From positions 8,249-72,248 of IMG/VR virus record IMGVR_UViG_3300012983_000044: a stretch of 64,000 nt of DNA. One strand, 5' to 3'. The notes beneath the pieces were generated by a model, which saw nothing but the letters and a program-made list of their open reading frames with translations, was not told the origin of the DNA and did no database searches. Each line of letters begins with the position of its first letter. Position 1 is the stretch's first letter. Positions 19,749 through 28,522 of this stretch are shown here, one piece after another. The stretch comes from a virus. Taxonomy: Duplodnaviria > Caudoviricetes. A program made the position numbers and the translations under genes.

Positions 19749-20597
19749 GTGGCTATAGACTTTGATAAATACAAATACGCGGCAGACAAACACTGGATTG
19801 TCAACAGCGGCAAGGATGAAAACAACGGGACAATAGGCGGCAAAGCCGGAGATCAGACTGGACATGAAGCCGAGATACGCACATGGTACAATCGGCCTTG
19901 GACGGTGGTGCTTCGCTATCCCGATCAGGCGGTTGCTAACGAGATTGCCGACCTCGCAATCGCTATGGCACTCAACAACCTGATCGGCTATGACCAAAAT
20001 CAGCGCACATCCTACTGGACGCAGCTTAAAGCTGCGGGTTATGACCCATCCAAAATCACAGTGGCGTGCGAGGAAGATTGCACAGCCGGGGTGAGTGCAA
20101 ATGTACGCGCCGCCGGGTACATCTTCGGTATCAAAAAGCTCCAAGATGTGCCTATCTGTTCCAGCCGAAATATGAAGGCGGAGTTCACTAAGGCTGGCTT
20201 CATCGCCCTGACTGCATCCAAGTACCTGACGAGCGGCAGCTACCTTCTGCCAGGTGACATCCTGCTTTACGAGAGCCATCATGCGGCGACGAACGTCACG
20301 CTTGGCAAGAGCGTGAAGGAGCAGTGGAAGCCACGGCCACAACCCACACCTGATCCGGAACCGACGCCTGATCCTGAGCCGAAGCCAGAGGTCCAGCCTC
20401 CGTTTGTTGCCATCACTGGCAACAGCGTCTATGTCCGCAAGGGGCCTGACACTACCTTTGGCTCCATTGGCGCGGTTCACGGCGGAGACAGACTTCATTA
20501 CTTTGGCTATGATTATCCTGATAATGGTTGGCATTTGGTGGAATATCTCAACCAGACTGGTTGGGTGTCCGGGAAATACAGCCATGTGGAATCTTAG
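19749..20597 (+). CDS. endolysin with Pro-rich linker and C-terminal SH3 domain
   Basis: GGKAGDQTG..WYNRPW catalytic region, PTPDPEP linker, VYVRKGP...GWVSGKY SH3b-like end. Confidence 0.85.
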   Translation: MAIDFDKYKYAADKHWIVNSGKDENNGTIGGKAGDQTGHEAEIRTWYNRPWTVVLRYPDQAVANEIADLAIAMALNNLIGYDQNQRTSYWTQLKAAGYDPSKITVACEEDCTAGVSANVRAAGYIFGIKKLQDVPICSSRNMKAEFTKAGFIALTASKYLTSGSYLLPGDILLYESHHAATNVTLGKSVKEQWKPRPQPTPDPEPTPDPEPKPEVQPPFVAITGNSVYVRKGPDTTFGSIGAVHGGDRLHYFGYDYPDNGWHLVEYLNQTGWVSGKYSHVES

Positions 20598-20617
20598 CAG
20601 AAAGGCGATGAACCCCA

Positions 20618-20914
20618 ATGAACGAGGAAAAAATTAATCAAATCATCGAAACCCAGGCGCGGATGGAGGAACAGATCAAGACGCTGTTTAAGCAGCAGGC
20701 GGAGATCAAGGAATTGACCGAGACAGTGCAAAAGCTGGCGATTGCTCTTGAAAAGCAAGGCATGGCGCTCCAATCTACCGAGAAGAAGGTTGATGGCGTC
20801 AAGTCAGATGTGGATGAGATCAAGGCAAAGCCGTCTAAGCGATGGGACGCCATAATTGCCGCGCTTATTACGGGCGTCATCGGTTTTCTGCTCGCTAAGT
20901 TCGGAATGAAATAA
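20618..20914 (+). CDS. XhlA-like/holin-like membrane protein
   Basis: Coiled coil plus a single C-terminal TM helix in the lysis module. Confidence 0.65.
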   Translation: MNEEKINQIIETQARMEEQIKTLFKQQAEIKELTETVQKLAIALEKQGMALQSTEKKVDGVKSDVDEIKAKPSKRWDAIIAALITGVIGFLLAKFGMK

Positions 20915-20932
20915 CGGAGGGAAAACGCAATC

Positions 20933-21253
20933 ATGAAAGCTATGCTGTCCCAGCCTATGGCTGGCAAGACCGATGAGGAAATTATGGCAACCCGCGATAA
21001 TGCCATTGACGCGCTGAAAGAGATGGGCTATGAGGTCGTAAACACCCTGTTCACTGACGACTGGTACAGCTCTGAGGCTATGAAGGAACGTGGCGTTGAG
21101 AATATCCCGCTTTGTTTCCTTGCGAAGTCGCTGGAGAATATGTCTCTTTGCCATGCTGCGTATTTCTGCAAAGGCTGGGAAAATGCTCGTGGCTGCCGTA
21201 TCGAGCATGAGGCCGCGAAAGCATATGGCCTTACAATCATCTACGAGGAATGA
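20933..21253 (+). CDS. DUF4406-like protein
   Basis: SQPMAG and GWENARGCRIEHEAA motifs. Confidence 0.7.
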   Translation: MKAMLSQPMAGKTDEEIMATRDNAIDALKEMGYEVVNTLFTDDWYSSEAMKERGVENIPLCFLAKSLENMSLCHAAYFCKGWENARGCRIEHEAAKAYGLTIIYEE

Positions 21254-21272
21254 GAGAGGAGATAAAGAAACC

Positions 21273-21707
21273 ATGAAGAAGCTGTTTGCTATTCTGTTTG
21301 TCCTGGCAATGCTGGCGCTGGGTGTATACGGTTACGCGGCGGAAGCAATCGAAGTCGCCGCAGACGTGGCTCAGGGCGTCGAGGCTGTGACCGACATTGC
21401 TCAGTCTGCGCCCTCCGGCACACTGCCCACATCGCCCTTTACATGGGAGGCACTGGGCACGATTGCCGGTTGCACGGCTTTTGCTCTGCTTTTCGTCCAG
21501 CTCATTAAGGCCCCGTTGGATAAGGTCTGGAAGATTCCGACGCGAGCGCTGGTTTACGTCGTCTGCCTAATCCTGATGTTGGCAAGCGCAGCCTTTGGCG
21601 GAGGCTTGACTATGGAGAGTGCTGCCCTTGCCGTCGTGAACGCTGTCATCCCGACATTGGCCGCAATGGGCGCATACGAACTTGTGTTTGCAAAACTGGA
21701 TAAATGA
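21273..21707 (+). CDS. holin
   Basis: Signal-like N-terminus and about 3 TM segments; last gene of the lysis module. Confidence 0.65.
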   Translation: MKKLFAILFVLAMLALGVYGYAAEAIEVAADVAQGVEAVTDIAQSAPSGTLPTSPFTWEALGTIAGCTAFALLFVQLIKAPLDKVWKIPTRALVYVVCLILMLASAAFGGGLTMESAALAVVNAVIPTLAAMGAYELVFAKLDK

Positions 21708-21714
21708 CTTCATC

Positions 21715-21747
21715 TCACCCTACTCCCCAAATCAGGGAGTAGGGTGA
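21715..21747. terminator. 13-bp perfect hairpin after holin
   Basis: TCACCCTACTCCC-caaatca-GGGAGTAGGGTGA. Confidence 0.7.
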
Positions 21748-21900
21748 TTTACGCCAAATCTGTTACCAACCGTGTTACCAATAGAATTAGATAATCCGAT
21801 ACAAAACAAGATAATTTGCAAAGTGAGCGCAAAACGTCTGAACCATATTTAGGTTCATTAGTCCATCAAAACCACAATATATAGTGTATATCAACAAATA

Positions 21901-21930
21901 AAACCCTACATGTTGTGTCATGCAGGGTTT
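21901..21930 (-). terminator. terminator downstream of the tRNA fragment
   Basis: AAACCCT-ACATG...CATG-C-AGGGTTT hairpin following the CCA end on the minus strand. Confidence 0.6.
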
Positions 21931-21931
21931 T

Positions 21932-21994
21932 TGGCGGAGAAGGAGGGATTTGAACCCTCGCGGCAGTTATCCCACCCTACTCCCTTAGCAGGGG
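21932..21994 (-). other. attP core = 3' 63 nt of tRNA-Ser(GCT)
   Basis: Reverse complement CCCCTGCTAAGGGAGTAGGGTGGGATAACTGCCGCGAGGGTTCAAATCCCTCCTTCTCCGCCA: GCT anticodon loop, long variable arm, T-arm, CCA; 5' half absent; next to integrase. Confidence 0.85.
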
Positions 21995-22069
21995 TTACTA
22001 AAATCCAATAAAATCAATACTTTTTGCCTGCAAAGATACCAACTTGTTACCAACACGGTTTTTGGTCGT

Positions 22070-23218
22070 TTATTCAGTTTTGTCCTCGTTTTTGTCTGTT
22101 CTGGTGATAGTGTTGGCTGCATTTAGCACATCTGCCTCGTCAGGATGGGCATAGCGATCCAGCATTTTTGTAGTGGACCAACGCATCATGCGCTTGATGG
22201 TTTGCGGGGCTATGCCTTCCGTGATTGCAAGGCGCGTGGCCGTAGAATGACGGCAACAATACGGCTCCAGCTTGCGGCATTTTGCTGCTTTCAAGGCGTC
22301 GTAGTATGTGGCATACCATTTGTCCTCGTTCCTCGGCCATATATAGCCTGATGGCTGGGCATGGGCGATCAGGTCCTCAACCATCGGGATTACATCGTTT
22401 GGCAGAAATACCGGTGACTCCTTGCGGACCTTGGTTTTCATGCCTACGCCAGTGATCTTGTGGCCTGCGATGTCTATATACTCAACTTTGAGTTGTTGCA
22501 TCTCTCCAGGCATCATTCCTGTGTAGATCATCAGCAACGGTATGGAGGCTCGCATATCTCCGCTTTCATAGAGTTTCCATAGCGCTGTCTGTTCATCGTC
22601 CGTGAATACCTGGCGCTCTTTTTCTTCCAGCTTTGGCAAGATGATGTATGACGGTATGTCCTTTGAGCACCATCCATCTGCCCCAGCCAGTTCAAACAGC
22701 TTTGTCAAGACGGTCTTGCAATCCCGGACCGTATAGTAGGTCTTTGCGACTGCGTTCACGGCGTCCCTGAGTTCTGCTACGGTGATTTGGTCTATCGGGC
22801 GGTATTGGAGCGCGTCTTTGAGTTTTTTCCACGCGCCACTGTAGGCAGTTTGCTTGGACTTCGACAAGGCCAGCAGTTCGCCTTCCGAGTAGGTATTCCA
22901 GTAGTCAATGAGCTGTGGGGCCATAACCTTCGGCTTATCGTCGATTTCGCGTAAGGCTTGGCAGTATTCCAGCGCTTCGCGTTTGGTAGAGAATCCACCC
23001 TTTGTACGATAGACGGCTTTCTTGCGCGGCGGATTGCTGTCCGGCACGGGATCATATCTCACGACGATCCTTGCCGTCCACGTCTTGCCGCGCTTGATGG
23101 CTGTGCCTAAACCATTTCCGCGTTTGTGTTTTGCACGCAATGGCTCCTGCCTTGTGCCGCAATACGGGCAGAATACGGCGTCTGACGGCATGTCCTTTGA
23201 ACACTTGCGGCAATTCAT
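22070..23218 (-). CDS. int: tyrosine integrase with N-terminal zinc ribbon
   Basis: LLMIYTGM, CRHSTAT and YAH catalytic-region motifs; CxxC..CPYCG N-terminus. Confidence 0.92.
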   Translation of the reverse strand: MNCRKCSKDMPSDAVFCPYCGTRQEPLRAKHKRGNGLGTAIKRGKTWTARIVVRYDPVPDSNPPRKKAVYRTKGGFSTKREALEYCQALREIDDKPKVMAPQLIDYWNTYSEGELLALSKSKQTAYSGAWKKLKDALQYRPIDQITVAELRDAVNAVAKTYYTVRDCKTVLTKLFELAGADGWCSKDIPSYIILPKLEEKERQVFTDDEQTALWKLYESGDMRASIPLLMIYTGMMPGEMQQLKVEYIDIAGHKITGVGMKTKVRKESPVFLPNDVIPMVEDLIAHAQPSGYIWPRNEDKWYATYYDALKAAKCRKLEPYCCRHSTATRLAITEGIAPQTIKRMMRWSTTKMLDRYAHPDEADVLNAANTITRTDKNEDKTE

Positions 23219-23636
23219 GGTTGACAGTCCTTTCGTGGGCGTGATATAATCCAGACAATCCAGCTAACCAAATAATCAGGGCAGGACTGATCCTCCTGTT
23301 TCTTCCAAGCCCGCCTGGTGGCGTAGCTGGATGGGGAGCGCTTGCGCTCGGTGTTGCGTGACGGAATAGACGGCTTGCGCCGGTAAAACCGATTGGCGAA
23401 GGACAGTTTGGTGTGTGCATGCAACGTGACCCAAACAGCCATGAGGTAAACGTAGACGCTGATTGGTCAGCGGCGTGGGCGCATACGGTCAAGTTGCATT
23501 TGACAGGAGCGTTTGACAAAAGATTGGACACACCTCGCATGTATGGTGCAAATCCATACCGCAACATTTATCTGGCCGGGAAACCGGCCTTTTTTAATAA
23601 CCGTATTTCCGTGATCGGGAGGCGCTTGTGATGGAA

Positions 23637-24065
23637 TCATTTTACAATAAACCGTTTGAAGAAAGCGATAATGTCAGCGATATGAGCGAAAATAAAAGCC
23701 ACTGCGCTACTGATAACCGCCGTGATGAAAGCCATTTTGATGCCATCATTCCCGTTCTTTATGTTATTATTGGTGAGCTTGGCGTCATTATTGGCTTCCT
23801 GTTCACGCACTTTTTTCTTCATTCGTAAATAATCGCGTCCATCTTCTGACAAGCGATATTTGATTGTGTCTCGATCAACATCCGGTGTTCGACAGTAGGC
23901 CCATTTGATTTTTGTTTCAGCCAAATAACCCTTTTCGAGTAATTGGCCCACCAGAGACCTTGCTACATCAATTCTATAGATGGTTGCAAGGTCTTTTATG
24001 CTTATGCCATCATCGGCCTCGTCGTATCGCTCCAGCAAACCCAGCATTTCAAATTCGTTTTTCAT
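23637..24065 (-). CDS. hypothetical membrane-anchored protein (immunity region)
   Basis: Winged-helix-like N-terminus and C-terminal TM helix, co-oriented with cI. Confidence 0.55.
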   Translation of the reverse strand: MKNEFEMLGLLERYDEADDGISIKDLATIYRIDVARSLVGQLLEKGYLAETKIKWAYCRTPDVDRDTIKYRLSEDGRDYLRMKKKVREQEANNDAKLTNNNIKNGNDGIKMAFITAVISSAVAFIFAHIADIIAFFKRFIVK

Positions 24066-24085
24066 AGCCTTCGTCCATCACGTCA

Positions 24086-24451
24086 TCAGCTTGAAGCTTT
24101 CCCGTCTTGCTGGACGAGCCGGGCTTCGGCGGCGTCTAACTCATTCATGCACACTTGGATGATTCTGAAACGGCCTTTAGAATCTGCGGCACGGAACGCT
24201 TCGATCAATGTCCATTCATCTTCCGAAAGTGCATCATCCCTTTTACCGTAATCGGCATCTTTTTTGTTTTCTGAAAAATAATATCCTTCGACACCAAAGT
24301 AGTCAGCGAACTTTGATATAACACTCCCTCTTGGCTCGACGCCGTTCTTCCATTTGCTGATATTTCCGCTACTCATACCAAGTTCGTTGACTACGTTAGT
24401 GATTTTAAGACCACGTTCATTGCAAATTTGAATCAATTTATCATAAAACAT
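24086..24451 (-). CDS. CI-like XRE repressor
   Basis: MFYDKL..NELGMSSGNISKWKNG HTH; divergent from cro-like gene. Confidence 0.85.
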   Translation of the reverse strand: MFYDKLIQICNERGLKITNVVNELGMSSGNISKWKNGVEPRGSVISKFADYFGVEGYYFSENKKDADYGKRDDALSEDEWTLIEAFRAADSKGRFRIIQVCMNELDAAEARLVQQDGKASS

Positions 24452-24484
24452 AATACTGCACCTCTGGACTATTATATATTCTAA

Positions 24485-24529
24485 TGGTGCGTAAAAACCA
24501 TTGACAAACGCACCAAAGGAATGTATAAT
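24485..24529 (+). promoter_or_regulatory. lytic promoter with overlapping operator
   Basis: TTGACA(24501)-17 bp-TATAAT(24524); inverted repeat TGGTGCGT/ACGCACCA straddles the -35. Confidence 0.8.
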
Positions 24530-24690
24530 AGTCAATGTCAACGGAAGTTGTTAAACCAAAAATCAAACACACCCTACCGGGAAGCCTCCCGCCAAGGAAA
24601 GTGGTCGGTCTATTTGGAACTCGCAACTTCATTATAGGCTAAAAACGGTTTATGGTCAACAACTTTCGTTGGACAATGTATTGACGAAAA

Positions 24691-24957
24691 ATGCACTTAA
24701 AGCGCATTGCGAGGGAGGTGAATATCCAGGTGCATGATGAACGAAGGGCGATCCGCAATCGGCTGGGCGACAACAGGCTTACTTTCGTTTGGCTGATTGA
24801 CCAGCTCCATATGCGCGGAATCGTTACTGACAAGACTGAATTAAGCTCGGTATTCGCCGGTACGCGCAACGGGCCGAAGGCGAAAGAAATTTTGGCGACT
24901 TCTGAGCTGATACTGAACGAATATGAAACCAAGTTCGCGGCCAAGGCTGCGACATAG
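24691..24957 (+). CDS. Cro-like regulator
   Basis: First rightward gene after the switch; small helical protein. Confidence 0.55.
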   Translation: MHLKRIAREVNIQVHDERRAIRNRLGDNRLTFVWLIDQLHMRGIVTDKTELSSVFAGTRNGPKAKEILATSELILNEYETKFAAKAAT

Positions 24958-24960
24958 GCG

Positions 24961-25185
24961 GTGAAGCAAATGACCATCGACGAGATCAGGGCCAGTGACA
25001 AGGACATGTTGACGCCATCGGACGTTGCGCCGGTTTTGAATTGTCATCCGTACAGCCTGAACGTCACGGCCAAGACCAACATCAAGGCGCTTGGGTTCCC
25101 GGCCTGTCTGGTTGGCACACGGTTGAAAATTCCGAGGATTGGTTTCCTTCGGTGGTATGACGGCTTGCAGGAGGTTACAACGTAA
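24961..25185 (+). CDS. excisionase-like HTH protein
   Basis: LTPSDVAPVL...RLKIPRIGF pattern. Confidence 0.6.
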   Translation: MKQMTIDEIRASDKDMLTPSDVAPVLNCHPYSLNVTAKTNIKALGFPACLVGTRLKIPRIGFLRWYDGLQEVTT

Positions 25186-26006
25186 TGGCAGATCGTGACT
25201 TTAAGGGCGTATTCATCCCGAAGGCAATCTGGCTGAACAGGAACCTTAACCTTACGGATAAGGCTGTGCTGGTTGAGATTGACAGCCTGGATAACGGCGA
25301 GGATGGATGCTGGGCCAGCAACAAGCACTTTGCGCAAATGCTGGGCTGCACCGAACGTCAGGCGTCGGCGTCCATTTCAAAGCTCGTGAACATGGGCTAT
25401 GTCAAGGTTCTCAGCTTCGACGGACGTACCCGGTATCTGCGGAGCCTCATGAACGAGAAATGCGCCGAACAGGAGCACGAAAACCGCGAGGCAGCGTCAC
25501 GGGAACTTCCAGGCAGCCTGACGGAAACTTCTACCCTGCCTGACGAAAACTTCCAGGCAGCCTCACAAAAACTTCCACCAAGTAAACCAAAGAGAAATAC
25601 AAGGAGTAAAACACTGAGTATTTCTAAGAATCCTACGGATTCTTGCTCGGAGCCGGAAAAATCCGCCTCCGAGCCGACTGAACCGGCTGTGATTTCTCTG
25701 CCGCTCAATGACGGCACTGAGCATCCTGTCACCCAGGCGGACATCGACAAGTATGTGAGCCTTTACCCGGCTGTAGACGTGATGCAGGAGCTTCGGAAGA
25801 TGGTCGGGTGGATAGACGCAAGTCCCAAGAACAGGAAAACGCGCAAGGGAATCAAGCGGTTCATCAATAGCTGGCTTTCTCGGGAGCAGGACAGAGGCGG
25901 AGGCAGGAAAGCGCAGGCGGCAGATCGGCCACAATCCAACGCCTTCGGCCTTGACCGGCGCAACAACAATACGCCTAAACCGTTCGGGGGTGGGATCATT
26001 GTCTGA
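25185..26006 (+). CDS. replication initiator (HTH N-terminus)
   Basis: FKGVFIP..CWASNKHFAQMLG HTH; internal iterons; RFINSWL C-terminus. Confidence 0.8.
   Translation: MADRDFKGVFIPKAIWLNRNLNLTDKAVLVEIDSLDNGEDGCWASNKHFAQMLGCTERQASASISKLVNMGYVKVLSFDGRTRYLRSLMNEKCAEQEHENREAASRELPGSLTETSTLPDENFQAASQKLPPSKPKRNTRSKTLSISKNPTDSCSEPEKSASEPTEPAVISLPLNDGTEHPVTQADIDKYVSLYPAVDVMQELRKMVGWIDASPKNRKTRKGIKRFINSWLSREQDRGGGRKAQAADRPQSNAFGLDRRNNNTPKPFGGGIIV
25479..25582 (+). repeat. 22-bp iteron-like direct repeats (probable origin)
   Basis: Five units, consensus gaaaacttccaggcagcctgac, inside the initiator gene. Confidence 0.75.
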
Positions 26007-26907
26007 GCAGGATGGGCGGCTGTCCGAAGTCGTCAAGGCACTGGAAGGGCTTGGAGCATTGACGCGGGAACAGTTCAGAGAGCGGGAGTACAAGCGGCTG
26101 GTGACGATTATGAACGAGCGCAATGCCCGGCCGGGGAAACTGAACGTGGATCACATGGACGGTTTCGGCAGGCTGGTTCATGGGGATGGGATCGACTGTC
26201 AAAGGTGCCTGAACCGTGGCGCGGTAATGGTGATTCGGTATGATGGCACGAGCCTTCCGACGCTGGAATATCAGCCCTGCGATTGCGTAAAGCGCAGGGG
26301 CTACGCCAGACGGTTGAGCGATTCCGGGCTTGCAAGGGCTACGAGGAAATATCGGTTCGACAACTTTGAGACCGTGGAGCCGTGGCAGACCTACATGCTG
26401 GACAAGGCGCGAAAGTACGTCCGGGAAGGTGCTACGGAAGGCAAGTGGCTGTACATCGGCGGTCAGAGCGGAAGCGGCAAGACCCATCTCTGCACGGCGG
26501 TTGCGAACGAGCTGCTAAAGTGCGGCGATCTGAAATACGTCGTATGGCCGCAGACAGCAAGGTACATCAAAAGCCTTATCACCGATGATGAACGCTACGA
26601 AACTGAGGTCATGGCGCTCCAGAACGTGAAATTTCTGTACCTGGACGATTTCTTCAAGCCCGTGTTCAACGCCAACGGCATGGAGGCCATTTCGACGGCA
26701 GCGGATGTCCGGCTGGCCTACGATGTGCTGAACTACCGCTATCTGGCAGAGATGCCGACGATCCTCTCCAGCGAATGGTTCTCCGCTGAACTGGCGCAGA
26801 TCGACGAGGCGACGGCGGGGCGGATTGCGGAGGCGTGTGGAGAGTACAAAATCGACGTCGGGCGCGATGTAAAGCGGAATCACAGGCTGAAAAGCGAGGT
26901 GATCTAA
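25999..26907 (+). CDS. DnaC/IstB-like helicase loader ATPase
   Basis: GQSGSGKT Walker A, LYLDD Walker B, Zn-binding Cys motifs. Confidence 0.88.
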   Translation: MSEQDGRLSEVVKALEGLGALTREQFREREYKRLVTIMNERNARPGKLNVDHMDGFGRLVHGDGIDCQRCLNRGAVMVIRYDGTSLPTLEYQPCDCVKRRGYARRLSDSGLARATRKYRFDNFETVEPWQTYMLDKARKYVREGATEGKWLYIGGQSGSGKTHLCTAVANELLKCGDLKYVVWPQTARYIKSLITDDERYETEVMALQNVKFLYLDDFFKPVFNANGMEAISTAADVRLAYDVLNYRYLAEMPTILSSEWFSAELAQIDEATAGRIAEACGEYKIDVGRDVKRNHRLKSEVI

Positions 26908-26932
26908 CTGTGAACAGTTGTTGATTGCACGA

Positions 26933-27004
26933 GGTTAGGTAAGGCGTTGCGAGGCGTGGCGCTGTAGGTTGAGGCGCGGCAGACAAGGCAGGGTAAGACT
27001 GGCC
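26933..27004 (+). repeat. 5-nt-periodic GGY-NN tract (candidate guide ncRNA)
   Basis: GGTTA GGTAA GGCGT TGCGA GGCGT GGCGC TGTAG GTTGA GGCGC GGCAG, then after a register shift GACAA GGCAG GGTAA. Confidence 0.7.
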
Positions 27005-27063
27005 ACAAACAAGATGGATTAACAAATTCAAGACGATGAAAATTTGTGAGGAGGATTAACATT

Positions 27064-28140
27064 ATGGCTACTGCAAAGAAGGTTGAACTGGTTGAGATCA
27101 AGCCCATCGAAGAAACTGTCCTGAACGTGCGTGTGGTTGGCGATTCGCCGCTGATTACCCACTGCTGGGACGCCAAAGCCAAGCGCGAGATTCTGGAAAA
27201 GGAAATGAACCTGACCAAGGTCAAGAGGCGCGATCCCAAAAATCCTGTGGCTGACTTCTGCGCTTCCATGTACTGGCTGACGCCGATGCCGGAGGAGTTC
27301 ACCGATGAAGCGGTGGACGCAGCGATGGCGAACGCCCGGTTCGGCTTCCCGGTGACCGGCTTCAAGCAGGCAGCAATCAGCGCGGCCTACCGCAATGGCT
27401 GGGCGAAGGACAAGATGTCCCTGCGCGGCGCATTCTTCATCGCGCCAGACGCCAACGGCTACTATGCCGGTGATCTGATGTTGAACGATGCCAGGACCAA
27501 GATCGACATCATCCCGAATGTGTTCCTGCACAATCAGCTCATTGAGATCAAGGGCAGCAAACCGGTGATGCGGCAGGACATGGTAAAGGTCGGCATGGGC
27601 GCTGCGGACATCCGCTATCGCGCCGAGTTTACGGAATGGTATTGCGATATGCAGATTCGCTATTCATGGAAGTACGGTAGCCGATTCTCGGCACAGATGG
27701 TCGGCGAGCAGTTTGAGGCCATCGAGAAGCGCGACGGAACGCTGACCAAATCGGCCATCGTGGACGCGGCCCGGAGCGAGGACAGCCCCATGCACGGCAT
27801 GTTTGAGTGGGATGACGCTGTGGCCGGCGAACTGTACCGCGAGAATCAGGCGGGCTACTACATTCGCACGCTGGAGGTCAAGATCGTGCCGGTAGGCAAT
27901 CCGAACGGCAAGCCCGTCACGATGCGCGGATATGTCAATGTAGCGCCGGTTATCAAGAACGCGCCCGAGGGGAAAGGCACGTTCATGAACGTGAACAGGG
28001 CCATTGAACAGCCTGACACGTACATGATCGTGCTGGAACGCGCTAAGAACCAGTTGCGGATTTTCCGCGAGCAGTACAAGAACATCAAAGAACTGGAGCC
28101 TGTGTTTGCGGCGATCAACCAGGTTGTGATGGAGGTATGA
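27064..28140 (+). CDS. Cas7/RAMP-like phage protein fused in frame to its usual downstream partner
   Basis: VVGDSPLITH, FGFPVTGFKQAAISAAYR, MRQDMVKVGMGAADIRYRAEF motifs; after about 27661 it switches to a SPMHGMFEWDDAVAGELYRENQA-type domain. Confidence 0.65.
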   Translation: MATAKKVELVEIKPIEETVLNVRVVGDSPLITHCWDAKAKREILEKEMNLTKVKRRDPKNPVADFCASMYWLTPMPEEFTDEAVDAAMANARFGFPVTGFKQAAISAAYRNGWAKDKMSLRGAFFIAPDANGYYAGDLMLNDARTKIDIIPNVFLHNQLIEIKGSKPVMRQDMVKVGMGAADIRYRAEFTEWYCDMQIRYSWKYGSRFSAQMVGEQFEAIEKRDGTLTKSAIVDAARSEDSPMHGMFEWDDAVAGELYRENQAGYYIRTLEVKIVPVGNPNGKPVTMRGYVNVAPVIKNAPEGKGTFMNVNRAIEQPDTYMIVLERAKNQLRIFREQYKNIKELEPVFAAINQVVMEV

Positions 28141-28143
28141 AAT

Positions 28144-28512
28144 ATGGCAGAGACCAGGCGCGGCGCGGTAATGCTGCTGACAAGTGGCGATCCCGCGATA
28201 TACAACGCGATTGCTGATGGGATTTTGACTGCGAGGGCTTTGACGCCTTCGCAGCCCGAGACCCCGGAGGCGGCGATGATCCGCAAACGCGCGGCGGATG
28301 CCCTGCGCCGCATAGACATGCGGTGCAGGCCGAAGGAGGCCGACGATGACGACATCGAGACCCGGATTTTGAAGGCGCAGGCGACTTATGGCACGGTATC
28401 CAGGCCGTCCGTATTGCGGAGCATCGGTGGGAAACTGTTGGGACTGTACGGTTTTGCAGTGCTAAAGGTGCATGACTTCCTCGATTTCGATAACGCGCGG
28501 TGGAGAGGGTGA
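28144..28512 (+). CDS. hypothetical protein
   Basis: ORF with RBS, operonic spacing. Confidence 0.5.
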   Translation: MAETRRGAVMLLTSGDPAIYNAIADGILTARALTPSQPETPEAAMIRKRAADALRRIDMRCRPKEADDDDIETRILKAQATYGTVSRPSVLRSIGGKLLGLYGFAVLKVHDFLDFDNARWRG

Positions 28513-28522
28513 TGAACTGACT

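Larger units (their letters stand above)
21761..22054. repeat. integrase arm-type sites flanking the attP core
   Basis: TGTTACCAA at 21761 and 21773; GATACCAAC-TTGTTACCAAC at about 22035-22054. Confidence 0.65.

Noticed and set aside
23052-23631. Overlapping ORFs between integrase and the immunity region
   Set aside because: No recognisable motif or clear start; cannot choose a frame
28146-28176. Short GGC-GC GGC-GC GGT-AA TGC-TG run after the Cas7-like fusion
   Set aside because: Only 3-4 units and inside a plausible ORF start; too short to call a second array
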